Shown here piece by piece: positions 1 to 12,480 of a stretch of 64,000 bases of DNA (positions are counted from its first letter, which is position 1; each line of letters begins with the position of its first letter). The translations under genes were made by a program, and so were the position numbers. The stretch comes from Bispira polyomma. Lineage: Eukaryota. Below the pieces are notes generated by a model. That model saw only the letters and a list, made by a program, of their open reading frames with translations. It did not search any database and was not told the DNA's origin. The stretch is from positions 868,001 to 932,000 of the forward strand of contig OZ287760.1 of assembly GCA_965649765.1 (NCBI GenBank), given 5' to 3'.

Positions 1-544
1 TATAATGTTTCGTGTAGGTATGTGAATGTTTACTATAATAAACACCAGAAAATGGGGAAACATTAATAATTTTAGAGAGATTTCGCACCCAACCTGTTTC
101 GTATACATTACAAGGTATAAGCACAGATGTAGCTTTGAAAATTGCCGTCTGTAAAAATGTTACAATAATGTGTATTTTATGTGGATGGTTTACACACTAG
201 TCATACTGTAAAACGATAAACAATTTCTATATATACCCCAATATAAGTATATATATATATATATATATACAACTATATATAACATCTGCCGTTTTAAAAA
301 AGTGACCCAGCAGTTATTGCCACATAATTTAGAAGGAAATTGCTTGCTTTTCAGCGTTATGGTCGTGGGAAATTCCAAATTTGGATGGTTGGCTTTCCAT
401 TTTGACGTACGTGCGGGATTGATTAAACAAAAAAGTTCATGGGAAATCTCTAAAATACACGAGTGTGGTTTCTCCAGACTAAAATCCCCAAAGTCTGTTT
501 TTTTTTTAAGATTTTGAGATCTGGTGGTGGCAGACCAGCCCAGG

Positions 545-985
545 GTCAAATTGAAACCATCCTTTAAAATGCTAACCAACGAACGTGTAACGACAAATCT
601 ACTAAACAGTAAACAAACAACTGTGGGTAAATGGAAACCATTGGTTCCATCTAAAACATACACCAAGCTTTTAAATGTCTTGTACACATAGTTATTGATC
701 CATCTAGTGTGTAACAAGAAAATATGTGTATGACATATCTGGAACTTTGAAGTATACTTCAAACACAATGCACTCCTGTACATCTCCCAACAAATAATAT
801 CGCAGATATTTAATATAGGTGCACTGGCAAATAAAGAGAGGAACCCACCACATTTATATTGATTTTTGCGGTTGGGTTATATTGAACACAGAAGTCAACA
901 TGCATTCCTTAATTACCATTTACATGCTTTTAGAAGTTTTTACTGTTGTCTAAGTCTTTATTGAAATATTGGTGAATATGTTGCA
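545..985 (+). repeat. Dispersed repeat of unknown family (second, interrupted copy at ~25300-26610)
   Basis: Collinear matches, e.g. aacgaacgtgtaacgacaaa...ctgtgggtaaat.gaaa.cattggtt and ttgatccat.tagtg...aaacacaatg.actc..gtacatctcc, occur in both places. Confidence 0.8.
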
Positions 986-1458
986 TAACTGATGCCTATC
1001 AACAGGGTCAATTTAGGGTTGGGTGGGAGGGGGGCGTACAGACAAAATGAATTGACAGACAATTATAAGGAAGGTTTCTATTTACCCAATATTTTAAACT
1101 TAGACTTAACCAAGACTTTGTGTGTCCATTGCCACAACGAAAGTTCAGATTTACAGTACTCTAGTATAGTTGAGTAGTAGAATGATCTGTGGTGGCAGAC
1201 CAATTCACATCTGAGTACCAATCAATGCCCACCCAGATTGAAACCGTGAACTAATTATCTCTTGGTAGGAATATTATATTTTGAATGAAATGGTTGTTGA
1301 AGCAGTTGTACTTATAACATCCTAACTGATATGACAGATAATTCTTTGCGCTTATATTTTATTGTTAAAAGTTGTATTTGCAATCTTTTTTAAAAGAGCG
1401 GGCGTAGATCTTGTTACACAGGTGTGAACTGAGCCATCTGCCATTCACTACCATATTA

Positions 1459-1660
1459 CACGGGTGGTCACAATTATGTCTGGGTCATAATTGTATCCAT
1501 TTTTCTTTGATTATTTTCATAAATTTGAACACAGAATATTATCTTTTGATAGGCTTCAATCAATAATTTCATTGCTGTAATTTGAAAACATTGACAGCAG
1601 CATTTACCTATCCTATCTAAAAACTGGTTCCAAAAAAGGACACAATTGTGACCACCTGTG
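1459..1660. mobile_element. Tc1/mariner-like MITE
   Basis: TIRs cacgggtggtcacaattatgtc / gacacaattgtgaccacctgtg, flanked by TA on both sides. Confidence 0.85.
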
Positions 1661-2659
1661 TAACCATGTCACAATATGTGTACACAGTCGCAGGATTTAT
1701 ATAATCCAAAGACACATTGTCGCCGTATTATTAAATGATGGTTCTTTTTGAAAATATCAACTCTGGTCCACTAGCTTGGCTATAGCAATTCTGGGCGCCA
1801 CTGGATTTTCAATTGCAAACAATAGGTGACATCGTTCTGTGTCTTAGATGATTTGATTGACATTGTAATTTAGATTGATCTGCCGTTGTAACCCTTTTTA
1901 GTTCTACGTACCAGCAACCAACAGCATTTGTTACATCCCAGAACCTAGCTATGTTTGTCGGCACAACCCCAAAAATCTTGGAAGTAATATGCGAGGCGGG
2001 TGTTGAATATCAGAAGTGGTATGGTGCTGGAAGTACCTTTTCAGCAAATTTGAATTACCATTTGTAGTTTTTAAAGTAGTAAGAATGTGGAGTGTTATAT
2101 ACTGCATGGTATAAACCTCTTTAATCTTTTCCTTTAGTTTTTCATTTTTAGGTGGCAGTTGATGGGTCCAGATTTAGTTTTTTTCCGTGTGGATATACAT
2201 CATTTATTCACACCTGCCACTATAAATATTTAACAACTAGAATTTTGTTTGTATCAAAGCCTCTTGATTTTTTAAAAAAATCTGTGCTTTTGCATTAATT
2301 AAAGGGCAAATAATCTTAATATTCCAACAACCAATATATACGTAAATATCTAAATTTGTTTCATAAATGTTTTCAACATCAAGATTTAACTCTTTGTCTA
2401 CAAATTTTCAATCATGAAAAGTCTAATGTCTATAGATACAGCAAATTAGGTTTTTATCCTGTTTCTAAGTAAGTTATCGCACCAAAAAGGTGCATTAAGG
2501 ATCGTGGTGTTTGGAAGTAGCTACTTTTGTACTCCACCCTTTGTCCAAGCACACACATACATACACGCACTGTATACAGCAAAAAGGCCTCACCACAGCT
2601 CTGAAAAACCCCTTAGACAAACTCCTTGATGGGGGGGAAGAGATCATGTGACATCCACT

Positions 2660-2933
2660 CAGTTAGCAGCTAACTCCACAAAGAAAGGAAAACCAACGCT
2701 CAACCTCCACCACTACCTGCTACAAGCTACGTATTCACTGATGACAAATTGTTGGCGAAGTGTACACGTCTCATCAGCTCTACATACAGTCATTGAAAAG
2801 ATTGAGGACTCCTGACTGGCTGACTCGCGCCACACACACACACGATGGAGGACTGTTGACTGGCTGACTGGCGCCACACACACACACGATGGACAACTCC
2901 TTACTGACTGACTGGCAATCAAGAGAGATTCAG
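2660..2933 (+). other. Candidate first (non-coding) exon
   Basis: GC-richer island. TCATGTGAC E-box (2644) and Inr-like TCAGTT (2659) lie at its start; it ends in CAG|GTATTT. Internal ~45-bp duplication (gactggctgact.gcgccacacacacacacgatgga). No transcript evidence. Confidence 0.3.
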
Positions 2934-3661
2934 GTATTTATTTTTGGGAGGGTAACGAAAGTTGTGATTTGTTGGTTGAACTGAAAATCGTTTAATAAGC
3001 CAGTGTACACAGTGAAAATAAGTGGCCGCCAGTGTGTGGCCTAGCAAGTGGTTTTGTCATGTACTTGCTGTATGTAACTGATGTACACTAGTTGCTTCAG
3101 TCGCTGGCTTTTTTTTCACCACTAAACACTGGCCGTCGTCACATGTGACTTATAAGCTGTCAAAAGCGACGTATGAAATGCCCGAACTAATTTTGAATTC
3201 ATAGAGAATTTTTTTTTTTATGAGACAATTTAATATTACATTTTCCTAAATTGTTGGATGAAATTTGTTTGTGATATATGGTTTTGTTTTTTTAATGCTG
3301 CTCAGTTTTACGTAATGTTTTACTTAGATTTGGGCTATTCTCTCCAAGCTCAAGTTAACTGTTTTGAAAGTGGAAATTTTCACCAGAAGTTAAAAGTTTA
3401 GTTAATTTTTTTCAGCTATATGAAATAAATGGTTTAGCGAAATTGAATTTCCAGTGAAAACACTAATTATTTGAATATTTTAACTTTTAAAGAATATATC
3501 CGACAGTAATAATCAATTTCAATGAACTTCTCAAAGATTGGTAAATTAATATTTTCCTCCATGACTGAAAAATTCCACATCTAATTAATGTAATTAAAGT
3601 TTAGTACTTAGTACCAAGTTAATGAAAATGCTGTTAGTTTCTCAATTTGTGTGTCTATCTG

Positions 3662-3832
3662 CAGTGTTACCTCTATTATCCGACCATATTGGGAGAGTCA
3701 GATTTTGTTTGGATAATAGAAGGTATGTAAAATAGAAGGGGCATTTTAGTATGAAACGATAGCCAAAAATAGGTTTGGGAGAATGAAATTGAGTCCATAA
3801 AATTGAATAGTCGGATAATAGAGGTTCTACTG
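3662..3832. mobile_element. pogo/Tigger-like MITE
   Basis: TIRs cagtgttacctctattatccgac / gtcggataatagaggttctactg; right end followed by TA. Confidence 0.8.
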
Positions 3833-5109
3833 TATCTGCAGTGTAACGTCTATAATCCAAACATTTTTCGCGAAATCAAGATTTTGTTCAGATAAAAGAA
3901 TGTTAATAAAATTTTTGATCAGGTGACCGTCAGATGACCAGCCAAATAGGGCCAGTGCTATGGATGGGTGGACACACACAACCAACCAGAAATAGTAGAT
4001 CTGCTACACTTATTAAAGATCCGTGTGGCTCTGAGATGGCGGCACTAGTCCGATGACCTCTCCCTCTTTGGACACACTGTCTGCTGTGTAAAGAAACCAA
4101 CATGTCGTTCTGTTTGACAATAGAAGTAAATGAGCATCCAACTGACAAGTGACAGGTAGGGGGTTTGATTTTCTTGTGATTACAGTAAAGAATTTAAAAT
4201 TTGCCAGGAATCTACTCGAAACAATTAGCCACCCTCTTAAAATTTAAGCCAAATCAAGAACTAGCCCAAAAATAACTGGAATTTATGTAAGGCAAAATTA
4301 TTAGTCACAAAAATCTCAATTTCAGCAAATATTAGCGATAATTCTACCCAAAACCCAATAATTTTGATGGCGAATTTTAGATTTCTTCATCTAAAATGAA
4401 TACTGAAGCTTTTTAATGTGGAACGACGAGTGATGAAGTTTAGCGTTTTGTCTTCCTTGAAAAACACGCGTGGCGTGCAGTTGTTCAGTGTCTGGGGCCG
4501 TATTCACAAAAGGACTTGGTCCTAACCTTGTGGACCCCTAGTTTGTCGGCAAGAAGCCGATAGAAGTCCTGTCACTTCCAAAACATAATGAACATCTTCC
4601 CCCCCCCCCACCCACCACCCCCCCCCCCCAAAAAAAAAAAATTGCATGCGGCAAGTAGCCTGTAGTGTGTATTTTAGTGGGACTCTAGCTAGCTGTAACC
4701 TATTCACAACCCCCCAAAAATCCACCAGAATTTTCTCTTTAGGGTCGAAAGGGTTTGAACTGTAAATTGTTGGGGGGAAAAGCAAGATTTGGCTCGGATA
4801 ACAGCTTGTTCATAAAATAAAGGATACATTTCTGTATATTAAGAACAATAGAAAAACCTGTCTTTGGGGAGGGAATGGACATGCATTTTTAGATTTCTGG
4901 TTAATATACAGTGTCAGATTATCAGGTTTATCCAACAGTCTTAGGGGCCATTTACTTTGTTTTCAATTTTTACAAGGGTATCGAAATGACGAGACAAAAC
5001 AAAGGTCAGTATGGTATAACCAGTCATTAATTCATGAAAAGATTGTGGTTCGTATTTTATTGTTGGCATGTTAATGTCTATAACTAATTCTACAAATGTA
5101 TACATGTAA

Positions 5110-5530
5110 AGTAAATGACTTAAGGTCACCTTACTAATTTTAAATTACATGAAATGGTGGAGAGTTTAGGTCACTACAAAGTAGCTAAAAGTTAACATAA
5201 AATGTAAGCTTGACTTATGTCACCTTACAATGAATAACATATTCAACTAATATAGTTTCTTACTTTAAAGTGAAGTTAAATTCAAGGCAGGGTCACCTTA
5301 CCGTACCATCAACTAAGTGTTACTTTAAGGTTAAGTTTAACTCAAGTTAGGGTCACCTTTAAGGTTCATTTAAGGTGCTAATTTAAGGTTAAGCTAAACT
5401 CAAGTTAGGGTAACCATTAAGGTTGTTACTTGAAGGTTAAGTTATACTGAAGTTAGGGTGACCTTACCATACCAGCAACTGGGGCCAAGGTAGGGTGACC
5501 TTTAATTGAAAGTTAAGGTTACCTTTTTGT
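5110..5530. repeat. Degenerate short repeats (aagttagggtcacctt / ttaaggttaag), probably a MITE interior
   Basis: Motif agggt(c/g/a)acctt recurs about 8 times; Harbinger-like caactggggcc near 5476-5486. Confidence 0.5.
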
Positions 5531-6728
5531 TATAACAAGAATATACTATTTAATGTGTTCAAACAGAGGGTGGTTCATGGGGTGTTCTTTAACTAAACTA
5601 TGTGAACAAAGAAATGATGCTGTAGCTTCAACCCTAAAACTAAAAACCCAATAAATCAAATGCATTTGTTTCAGCATGAGAAAAGCCACTTAATTAAAAA
5701 CACAAGCATAACCATTTTTATGGACGTTGTTTACAACGTAGATTAGGCTAGGACAAAATTTCAATTTTTAGGACAGCACTTTTTACCATCTCCTAATGAT
5801 TTTTACTTTATTTTTCGTACTTAATACTGTTTGGTACTTAGGACGAGGACCATCCTATAATATATCTATTTTTTCAAAATTTGATTGTTGAATGCGTTTA
5901 GTACTTTGGTCTTGTAATTACCACATTTTTTTCTGATATCTTTTCTTGCTTCAATGGACATTTCAACAAAGTTAAATATACAAGGAAAAGCATGGGTGTG
6001 CAAATATATATATGTACACCTATACCGGCGGGATATCTGATTTTCTATGTAATTTCTTGTAACTTGTGAGAACACACACCTTCTAACTTTGGTTTCGACC
6101 GCTAGACGGCGCCACACTACAGTCTTTTATTTGTGTACATGGAAGACCTCAAACAGGAGATTAAGTCAATTTTTTAAAACCTAAGTATGAGAAGTGGCGA
6201 AAAGAGAAGAAATTGCCTTTATTCAATAAAAACATATGAAACTTTGGCAAAATATTACCTCATATTCACATGTAGTTGCTTTAATCCATTGAAATTTCTC
6301 TAGTTTGCGAGACTTTGATAGCTTCCGAAACTGCCATCTTTGTTGTATATAAATACCTTGTAAACAGATGATCACAATATAGCGACTGACCTAATCAAAT
6401 CACGCGAGATGGTGATTGGCTGAAAATCTGGGCAATTTCCAATGCGCGTGAATGTCAGAGGTGAGACCTCTTAAACAATAACTAATTTATTAATCTGCCA
6501 ATCGGGAAGTAGCCCCATCTGAGACCCTACTTTTTACTTGAAAGTGATGCCAAGTACATCAAGTATGAGGTTTATCTATCTGTGTACTTTAATGGCGATA
6601 TTCTAGAATATATACAAGGAAGAAACGTAATGAATATAAAATTATATAAAAGCAAGTCTTTTTTCTGGACACAAGTAAGATTACTCTTTATTTTGTCATA
6701 GATATAGCATTTCTAAAATTTACCTGTA

Positions 6729-6964
6729 CTGCCTCTGGTTATAATTCGGCCGTCAGTTGTAAATCGGCCGTCGCATTTTAAACGGTAATTATTGACAATC
6801 TTGGTACAAAATTGACCATAGGATTCAAGTAAAACAATTACAATAATAATATTTAAGGAGGTATAATATTGTTAGGCCAATACATTAAATTAATTTGAAG
6901 TTATAAAACATTTATTGTATGGTGGCCGATTTGTAACAGGCGGCCGATTTATGACCACAAGCAG
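6729..6964. mobile_element. TA-flanked palindromic MITE (copy 1)
   Basis: TA|ctgcctctggttataattcggccg ... cggccgatttatgaccacaagcag|TA with subterminal aatcggcc repeats; inverted copy at 39937-40168. Confidence 0.85.
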
Positions 6965-7696
6965 TATATTAATCCCTTCAATTTGCTTTTTAAACGAAAA
7001 CGTATGTCAGAAATATTTGAGTGAAGTATATCTGTTTATATAACCACAGCCTTTATTGAAACAGCAACAATGATCAAGGAGATTAAAATACCAACTTCCA
7101 TATAAGGATATCAAACTGTCGATATACACCAGCAGTACATACAAATGGGCCGTTACAAAGGCCGACTAATTGTATGCTATAAATATCTATATTATAATCC
7201 TCCAAGGACACAACTTCAGTAACTGCGAATATAAACAGATTTGAAGATATTTGCAAAGTATATGTATGAAAGAATATATATATATTGTTTTGTAACAATT
7301 TATTTTTTAATATAATAAACTAAATAACCCTGCCTCATTGTACACCATTTCTATGCTTCATTTATTCTTATCCTTCAAATATCATACACTTATACATTTT
7401 CCCCAGTCAAAGATCAGAACAATGGGAAAAAGATAAATTTGGGAGAGTTCAAATGAGTTCATCAAATTGAATACTAGGTGGATAATAGATGTTCAGATAA
7501 TAGAGGTTCTACTGTATTTTGATAATCTTGTATACACTATGACGTTTTCTATCCTAACCATATTTTTTTCTAATTTTCTGCACTTTCGACAACGGATTGA
7601 AATCAGTCCTTCAGTTTTACAAACAAAGAAGTAAAACTTGCCTTAATACAGCCAGTCAAAAAAGTGACTGAAGTGAGCGAGTATTTGACTTAACAG

Positions 7697-7855
7697 GTCT
7701 GTCGCGGCAACTACCAACAGAGGACATTGAAGAACCCATACTAGAGGGAGACCATGAGGGGTTGATTAAAGGATGTGGATTGGAAGGTGATCAAACTATG
7801 GATGTGATTACAATGGACGGAGTATGATGCTGTAGGGCGAAAAACAAACAAAAAG
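7697..7855 (+). other. Candidate internal exon
   Basis: ttaacag| acceptor and AAAG|GTAACC donor bracket a GC-richer segment; weak pyrimidine tract; no long ORF. Confidence 0.25.
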
Positions 7856-7919
7856 GTAACCAGATTTTTCAGTATTTTGTGTATCATTTCATGGATTTCA
7901 TGGTCGTAATCTTGTTTTG

Positions 7920-8080
7920 TGCATTCAAATGTTGAAGTAAGTTTTTGTCTGGTACACTTACCTGTGGGCTGTGGTTTACAGTGCCGCTTCAGCACTGGGT
8001 TTCTGCCACCATTGAGTTTGTCCATCATGATATAACATCTAAGCTGTTGAAAGCGACATAAAACCTGACTAAATTCAATA
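7920..8080 (+). mobile_element. SINE 3' half (V-domain-like family)
   Basis: gtggtttacag...gggtttctgccacca...gatataac...gctgttgaaagcgacataaaacc, shared with other SINE copies in the window. Confidence 0.7.
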
Positions 8081-8091
8081 TCAGATTCATG

Positions 8092-8270
8092 CGGCTGTGT
8101 GGCCTTAAGTGGGTAAACACACTGGCTTGCAAACACAACAGGACCTTGGTTCGATCCCACTCTGTCATGTGACCAGCTACAATGTGTAGACAGATACGAA
8201 GTGACACTCTGTGACACCACTGTAAAATGGCAGTAGAGCCGCCAGTGTTTGTCCTGGCTAAGGTTCTTTG
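8092..8270 (+). mobile_element. tRNA-derived SINE (second family)
   Basis: A-box-like tggccttaagtggg and B-box ggttcgatccc at tRNA-like spacing; body differs from the main family. Confidence 0.6.
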
Positions 8271-9768
8271 GTGGTGTCATCCTCGAGCCTGTGTCTTCAG
8301 TTTGGTGGTAATGGTGATTACCGGTGCTGGTTGGCAGTACTTGGGACATCTAAAGGTACTGGCAAATGCATAGAAATTCGAACAAATACATAATTTCATT
8401 GTCAACGGTTTATTGTCATAAGGGTGCTGCAATTTGCAGTGTAATTTTTTTCTTTTTCTCTTCAATAAATAAAACCAGTAATTGTGTGTAAACTATAAAT
8501 AACGAATGGTTTTTAACCCTTTAGAGCCCTATGTTGTCAAATAGCAGGTGATAGCCTTTGTTACAACCTGAACCTCTATCTAACAGCAAGCAGTTGACGC
8601 CCCACTAACATTATTTTAGTTTTCTTCAGTTTGTCGTCATAGGAAATTGTTGGTACAGCAGAGACTTCTCTGTTTAAAAATGATACGTTAGGTTGTTAAT
8701 AAATAGTGGGAGTAGTTTGTGGTGTGTTTTTGAAGTGACTTCAGCTCTCTAACCTATTGCCCCCCCAGTTCTTAGCAGTAGCATTTAGGTTAAAGAATTA
8801 GTAAAAAAGCTTTGTAAACTATAGGTAGCAGATTGTTTATGAACCGTGTCTGTTGTTAAGGCTTTAGTAAAGTAAACACACAAATACGTCGCCGATAAAT
8901 CACACTACTAGTGCGCAAGTTCATTTTCATCTAGACCAAGTGATGTAAATTCGCCGGTGGATGTGAATTCGCCGATTTCTTCTTTAGTCTAGTTACGGAG
9001 ATTTAAAAGTTTGACACTTCAAATTTTTCATAGAAATCATAACTACTCACGCTAATACATGTATCCAAAAGTCATTGATTTTGTATTTACTGATATTTTG
9101 CTGTCAAACTATTTCAAGTGATAAAATAATGACTTTTGGGCGATAATTACATATTTTACTGTATCATGACTATACGGCAAATATAAATAAAAGTAACCTC
9201 TATTGTTGTCTTAAAGACTTCTATTTTATCGATACAGAAAACACAAATTTATGAGAATAGTTTAATATTAATTTATTTTGAAAATATACTTTTAATAATT
9301 TTTTTTTTTGAAAATGAGTTGTTTATACAGGAGAGTATTAATTATTTCAAGTAGAAAATTTATATAAAGTACTGTTTAGTTATAATTAATGTGAAAACTC
9401 TGTATGTGGTCTTTTCGGACAATTAGTATCACAAATTATGTATTCTATATATATATATATATGGGACAAAATAATATCTGATTCACTATGATTGATGTTT
9501 CATATAAATTAACTGTGCATGACTGTATTTATGTTGTAAATAAGTTTTAACCAATAAAAGCAATAAATTCCAGGTTACCATGATACTCCTCTTTAGGAAT
9601 TTTATAGAAACTTAAAAATGTTTGGTTTTGTGTTTGGTGTAGTCAAAATGGAAATCATACGATAACACTGAACCTTGATGAAAAACTAAATAAAAAGTTA
9701 AAAAATATTTGGGCTTGGGCATAATATGAGAAAGTAATGATTTTAAAAACACTTGTGAGTCAAATAAT

Positions 9769-10338
9769 TGTTACGCGCTGTTTCAACACCAGGGGCTGAT
9801 TTGAATCGGCACCCTTAAAAGGGGTGCCGTTTCGACACCCAACCCCAGTGCTTACTTGGCGTGGCCGTTTTGACACCCAAAGAATAAATGTTTAAGATGT
9901 ATTCTAATAAAATTACTATTTCTTGCTTGATTTTGACCAATAAGGTATTATTTTAAAGTGTACAACACAAGGAACTGAAATCTGCCATAGTTGCAACTAA
10001 TGGATTGAACAAGTTCACATAAAATCACAATTAAAATGAATTCAATGAAATTAAAATTTTTTAACTGGTTAATAACAATAATTTAATAGCGATTTACTGG
10101 ATAACCCAGCTACAATTTTTGTAATATTGAAATCACTTTGCTGTAAGCTTTAAAATGATATCTTATTTGTCAAAATCAAGCAAAAAATACTGATTTTATT
10201 AAATAAATCTTAAATAATTATTGTTGTTGGTGTCAAAACGGCCACGCCAACTAGACACCAATACAAATATATGAGGGTGTCAAAACGGCCCCCTAGCCGA
10301 TTCGAAACGGCGAGGGTGTTGAAATGGCCCCATACATA
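9769..10338. mobile_element. Palindromic (foldback) MITE nested in the 5-kb element
   Basis: Left arm ttggcgtggccgttttgacacc mirrors right arm ggtgtcaaaacggccacgccaa; repeated gtttcgacacc motifs; mirrored AT-rich interior. Confidence 0.8.
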
Positions 10339-10849
10339 ATCAACATATGTGCTTTGATTTATGTACCAGATTATTTCATGAAAAAAGTAGATGCCCTATT
10401 TTTCGAATTATTAGTAGTAAAAGAGAAGATTAAAAGTAAAGAATGATGAAGCTACAGTGACAGTAATTGTGAAATTAATATAAAATATTAAAAAAAATGG
10501 TAATCCCACTAAAAGCAGTTAGTGAAAGGTTAGAAATTTGGGTAGAAAGCTTGCTTTTGTAAAACCAGTATAATCTATATTAAGCAAAATAGAAAGATCC
10601 CGTCATTTTTAGTGCTGAAATTATTGTTCAAAACATGTTACTGAAGCATTATATGAGGGCAGACTTGTGAGCCAGTCTAGCGTAAGTAGCTTTAGTAATT
10701 TGGTGACAAACAATAGGGTTGAAACAAAAGTTTAAACTGAGGAATAATTTGATTGTAAATATCAGTTCTACAATGCCATCTTTTCTGCAATTCATCCTTT
10801 AGTAAGTTAGTGGAGAACTAAAGTAAATCTAACTTTTTTAGTGCTTATC

Positions 10850-11495
10850 TACATGCTAGCGGATTCCAAGGCGCGGCAGACAGGAAAATCATTTTCATAA
10901 TTTTGTAATGCCACTGGAGATACAAATCATTCCAAAGCCTTATCATTCCTATTACGCCTTGTTTTAAGGTGACATTCATAGAGAGACAAGTAAGGACTGA
11001 AATACAGAGAGAGATCTTAACTGAGGTTTTTAAAGACTAAGGTAGCAGTTTCAAAATTGCCCTATATTCGATGAGCAACCACTGAAGGGTTTCCAAAACA
11101 CGAGTAATGTGACTAAACTGAGACTTTCTCATTACTATCCGAGCCAAACTGTTTTGGACATCCTGCAATTTGTGCAGGTCAGTTGTGGCCTGACCTCTGA
11201 AAGAGAGTTACAATAATCAAAGTGATTGCTGACCAGGGCATTTTCGACCATGGTTGCAGTGCCGATAGATAGGTCTCACTGGTCTTAGATCTCTCAACTG
11301 GATAAAACAAGCCATACAAACTGATTGGACATGTTTAGCAAATTTATCAGCCAAACGCTTAGGTTGTAACTTGTAGCCAAACAGAATGAATTTTGTTTTA
11401 TCCGGGTTAAGTTTCAACTTATTGTCAAACATCAACTGGTTGCATTTCTACTTGATGAATGAATATACAGCTGTGAATCATCAGCATATAAATTA
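10850..11495 (-). pseudogene. Decayed L2/CR1-group LINE ORF2 3' fragment (reverse transcriptase)
   Basis: Minus strand gives NLYADDSQLY (11463-11494), NKLKLNPDKTKFILFG, KLQDVQNSLARIV...HITRVLETLQWL and RLWNDL, with frameshifts and deletions. Confidence 0.9.
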
Positions 11496-12323
11496 TACTG
11501 CTGAAGTGTAGTAATGCTTGAAGTATAATCTCTACTTTTTGGCAATCTTGCTGTTAACCTCTGCGATCTCATCTATGTCCTGAAGGTTAATTGATACATC
11601 TCCATTACCCTGGTATAAGTACAAGGATTTTTCCATATACAGACTTGTAAACGTATGTGAGGCTGAAAGCAATCCTCTCTTGAATTGGGAGCTAGCGAAG
11701 CTCTTGTCTGACTTTACTTATGTTGTCAAATTTTTCAGTTTCTTGATGAAACGACAGCAGAATTTTGTACAACCTGTAGCCTTTTAAAAACAACACTAGA
11801 AAGCTCTTATTTATTTTGTCATCAGTTTACGAATTTCAATTAAATATATGGTTATGAAGATGTTGGTACTAAAGTTGGACTGCATACTCAAAATTGTTTA
11901 AAAAAAACTATATGACAAATGTGATGGTAGGATCAGATTGAATTTGAGAAAAAAAAATATTTGGATCAGCCAGATAAAACATTTGATCTTCAGTATTATC
12001 TGCAAGTCAACATTATCGGCATTATTAACTTACAGTGTTAATGTCAAGTTTTGAACTCCAGACATTGTTTTTTTTTTTTTCTTTCTACGATACAAGTTGT
12101 GTACTGTATAGCTATGTATAAAATTAAAATAAACTATTGTTTTTAAAAACGGCTGTGTAGAGTACTTGGGTATGTTTAATTAGAGATACCTTCACGTAAT
12201 ACTATTAAAGAAGAGCTTGATGTAATGTGGATTAAAGGTTTACTTTATCTGTACTTCAAGTTGGATTTAAATTGAGGCAGTTGACTGTTGCAGTCAGGAA
12301 AGGGTTAATTGGCGCTCTGAATA

Positions 12324-12480
12324 CCAGAGGAAGGTAGATATATGTGCCGAGTATAAAATCTGATTACAATTATTACATGATTAAAAATGTTACTGGTCCC
12401 ACTTCCTTCCTTACGACTTTGCAATGTCCATGGAGTTGATGATTGGACCAATGATTCTGCTGTTGCGCTTTGGAAGATGC
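12324..12480 (+). pseudogene. Helitron Rep/helicase fragment
   Basis: Broken frames give PEEGRYMCRV...KNVTGPTSF...LCNVHGV, resembling the Helitron RepHel linker motif GE.YYLRLLL..V.GPTSF..L.TV.G (recalled, not searched). Confidence 0.55.

Noticed and set aside
190-783. 197-aa minus-strand ORF
   Set aside because: Runs through a (TA)n microsatellite and a dispersed repeat; no recognisable domain or coding-like composition.
1700-2060. Possible mariner/Tc1 transposase remnant (QHPPR... on the minus strand)
   Set aside because: Motif match too weak and no other catalytic motifs found.
7741-8349. 202-aa minus-strand ORF
   Set aside because: Antisense read-through of two SINE fragments; chance open frame.
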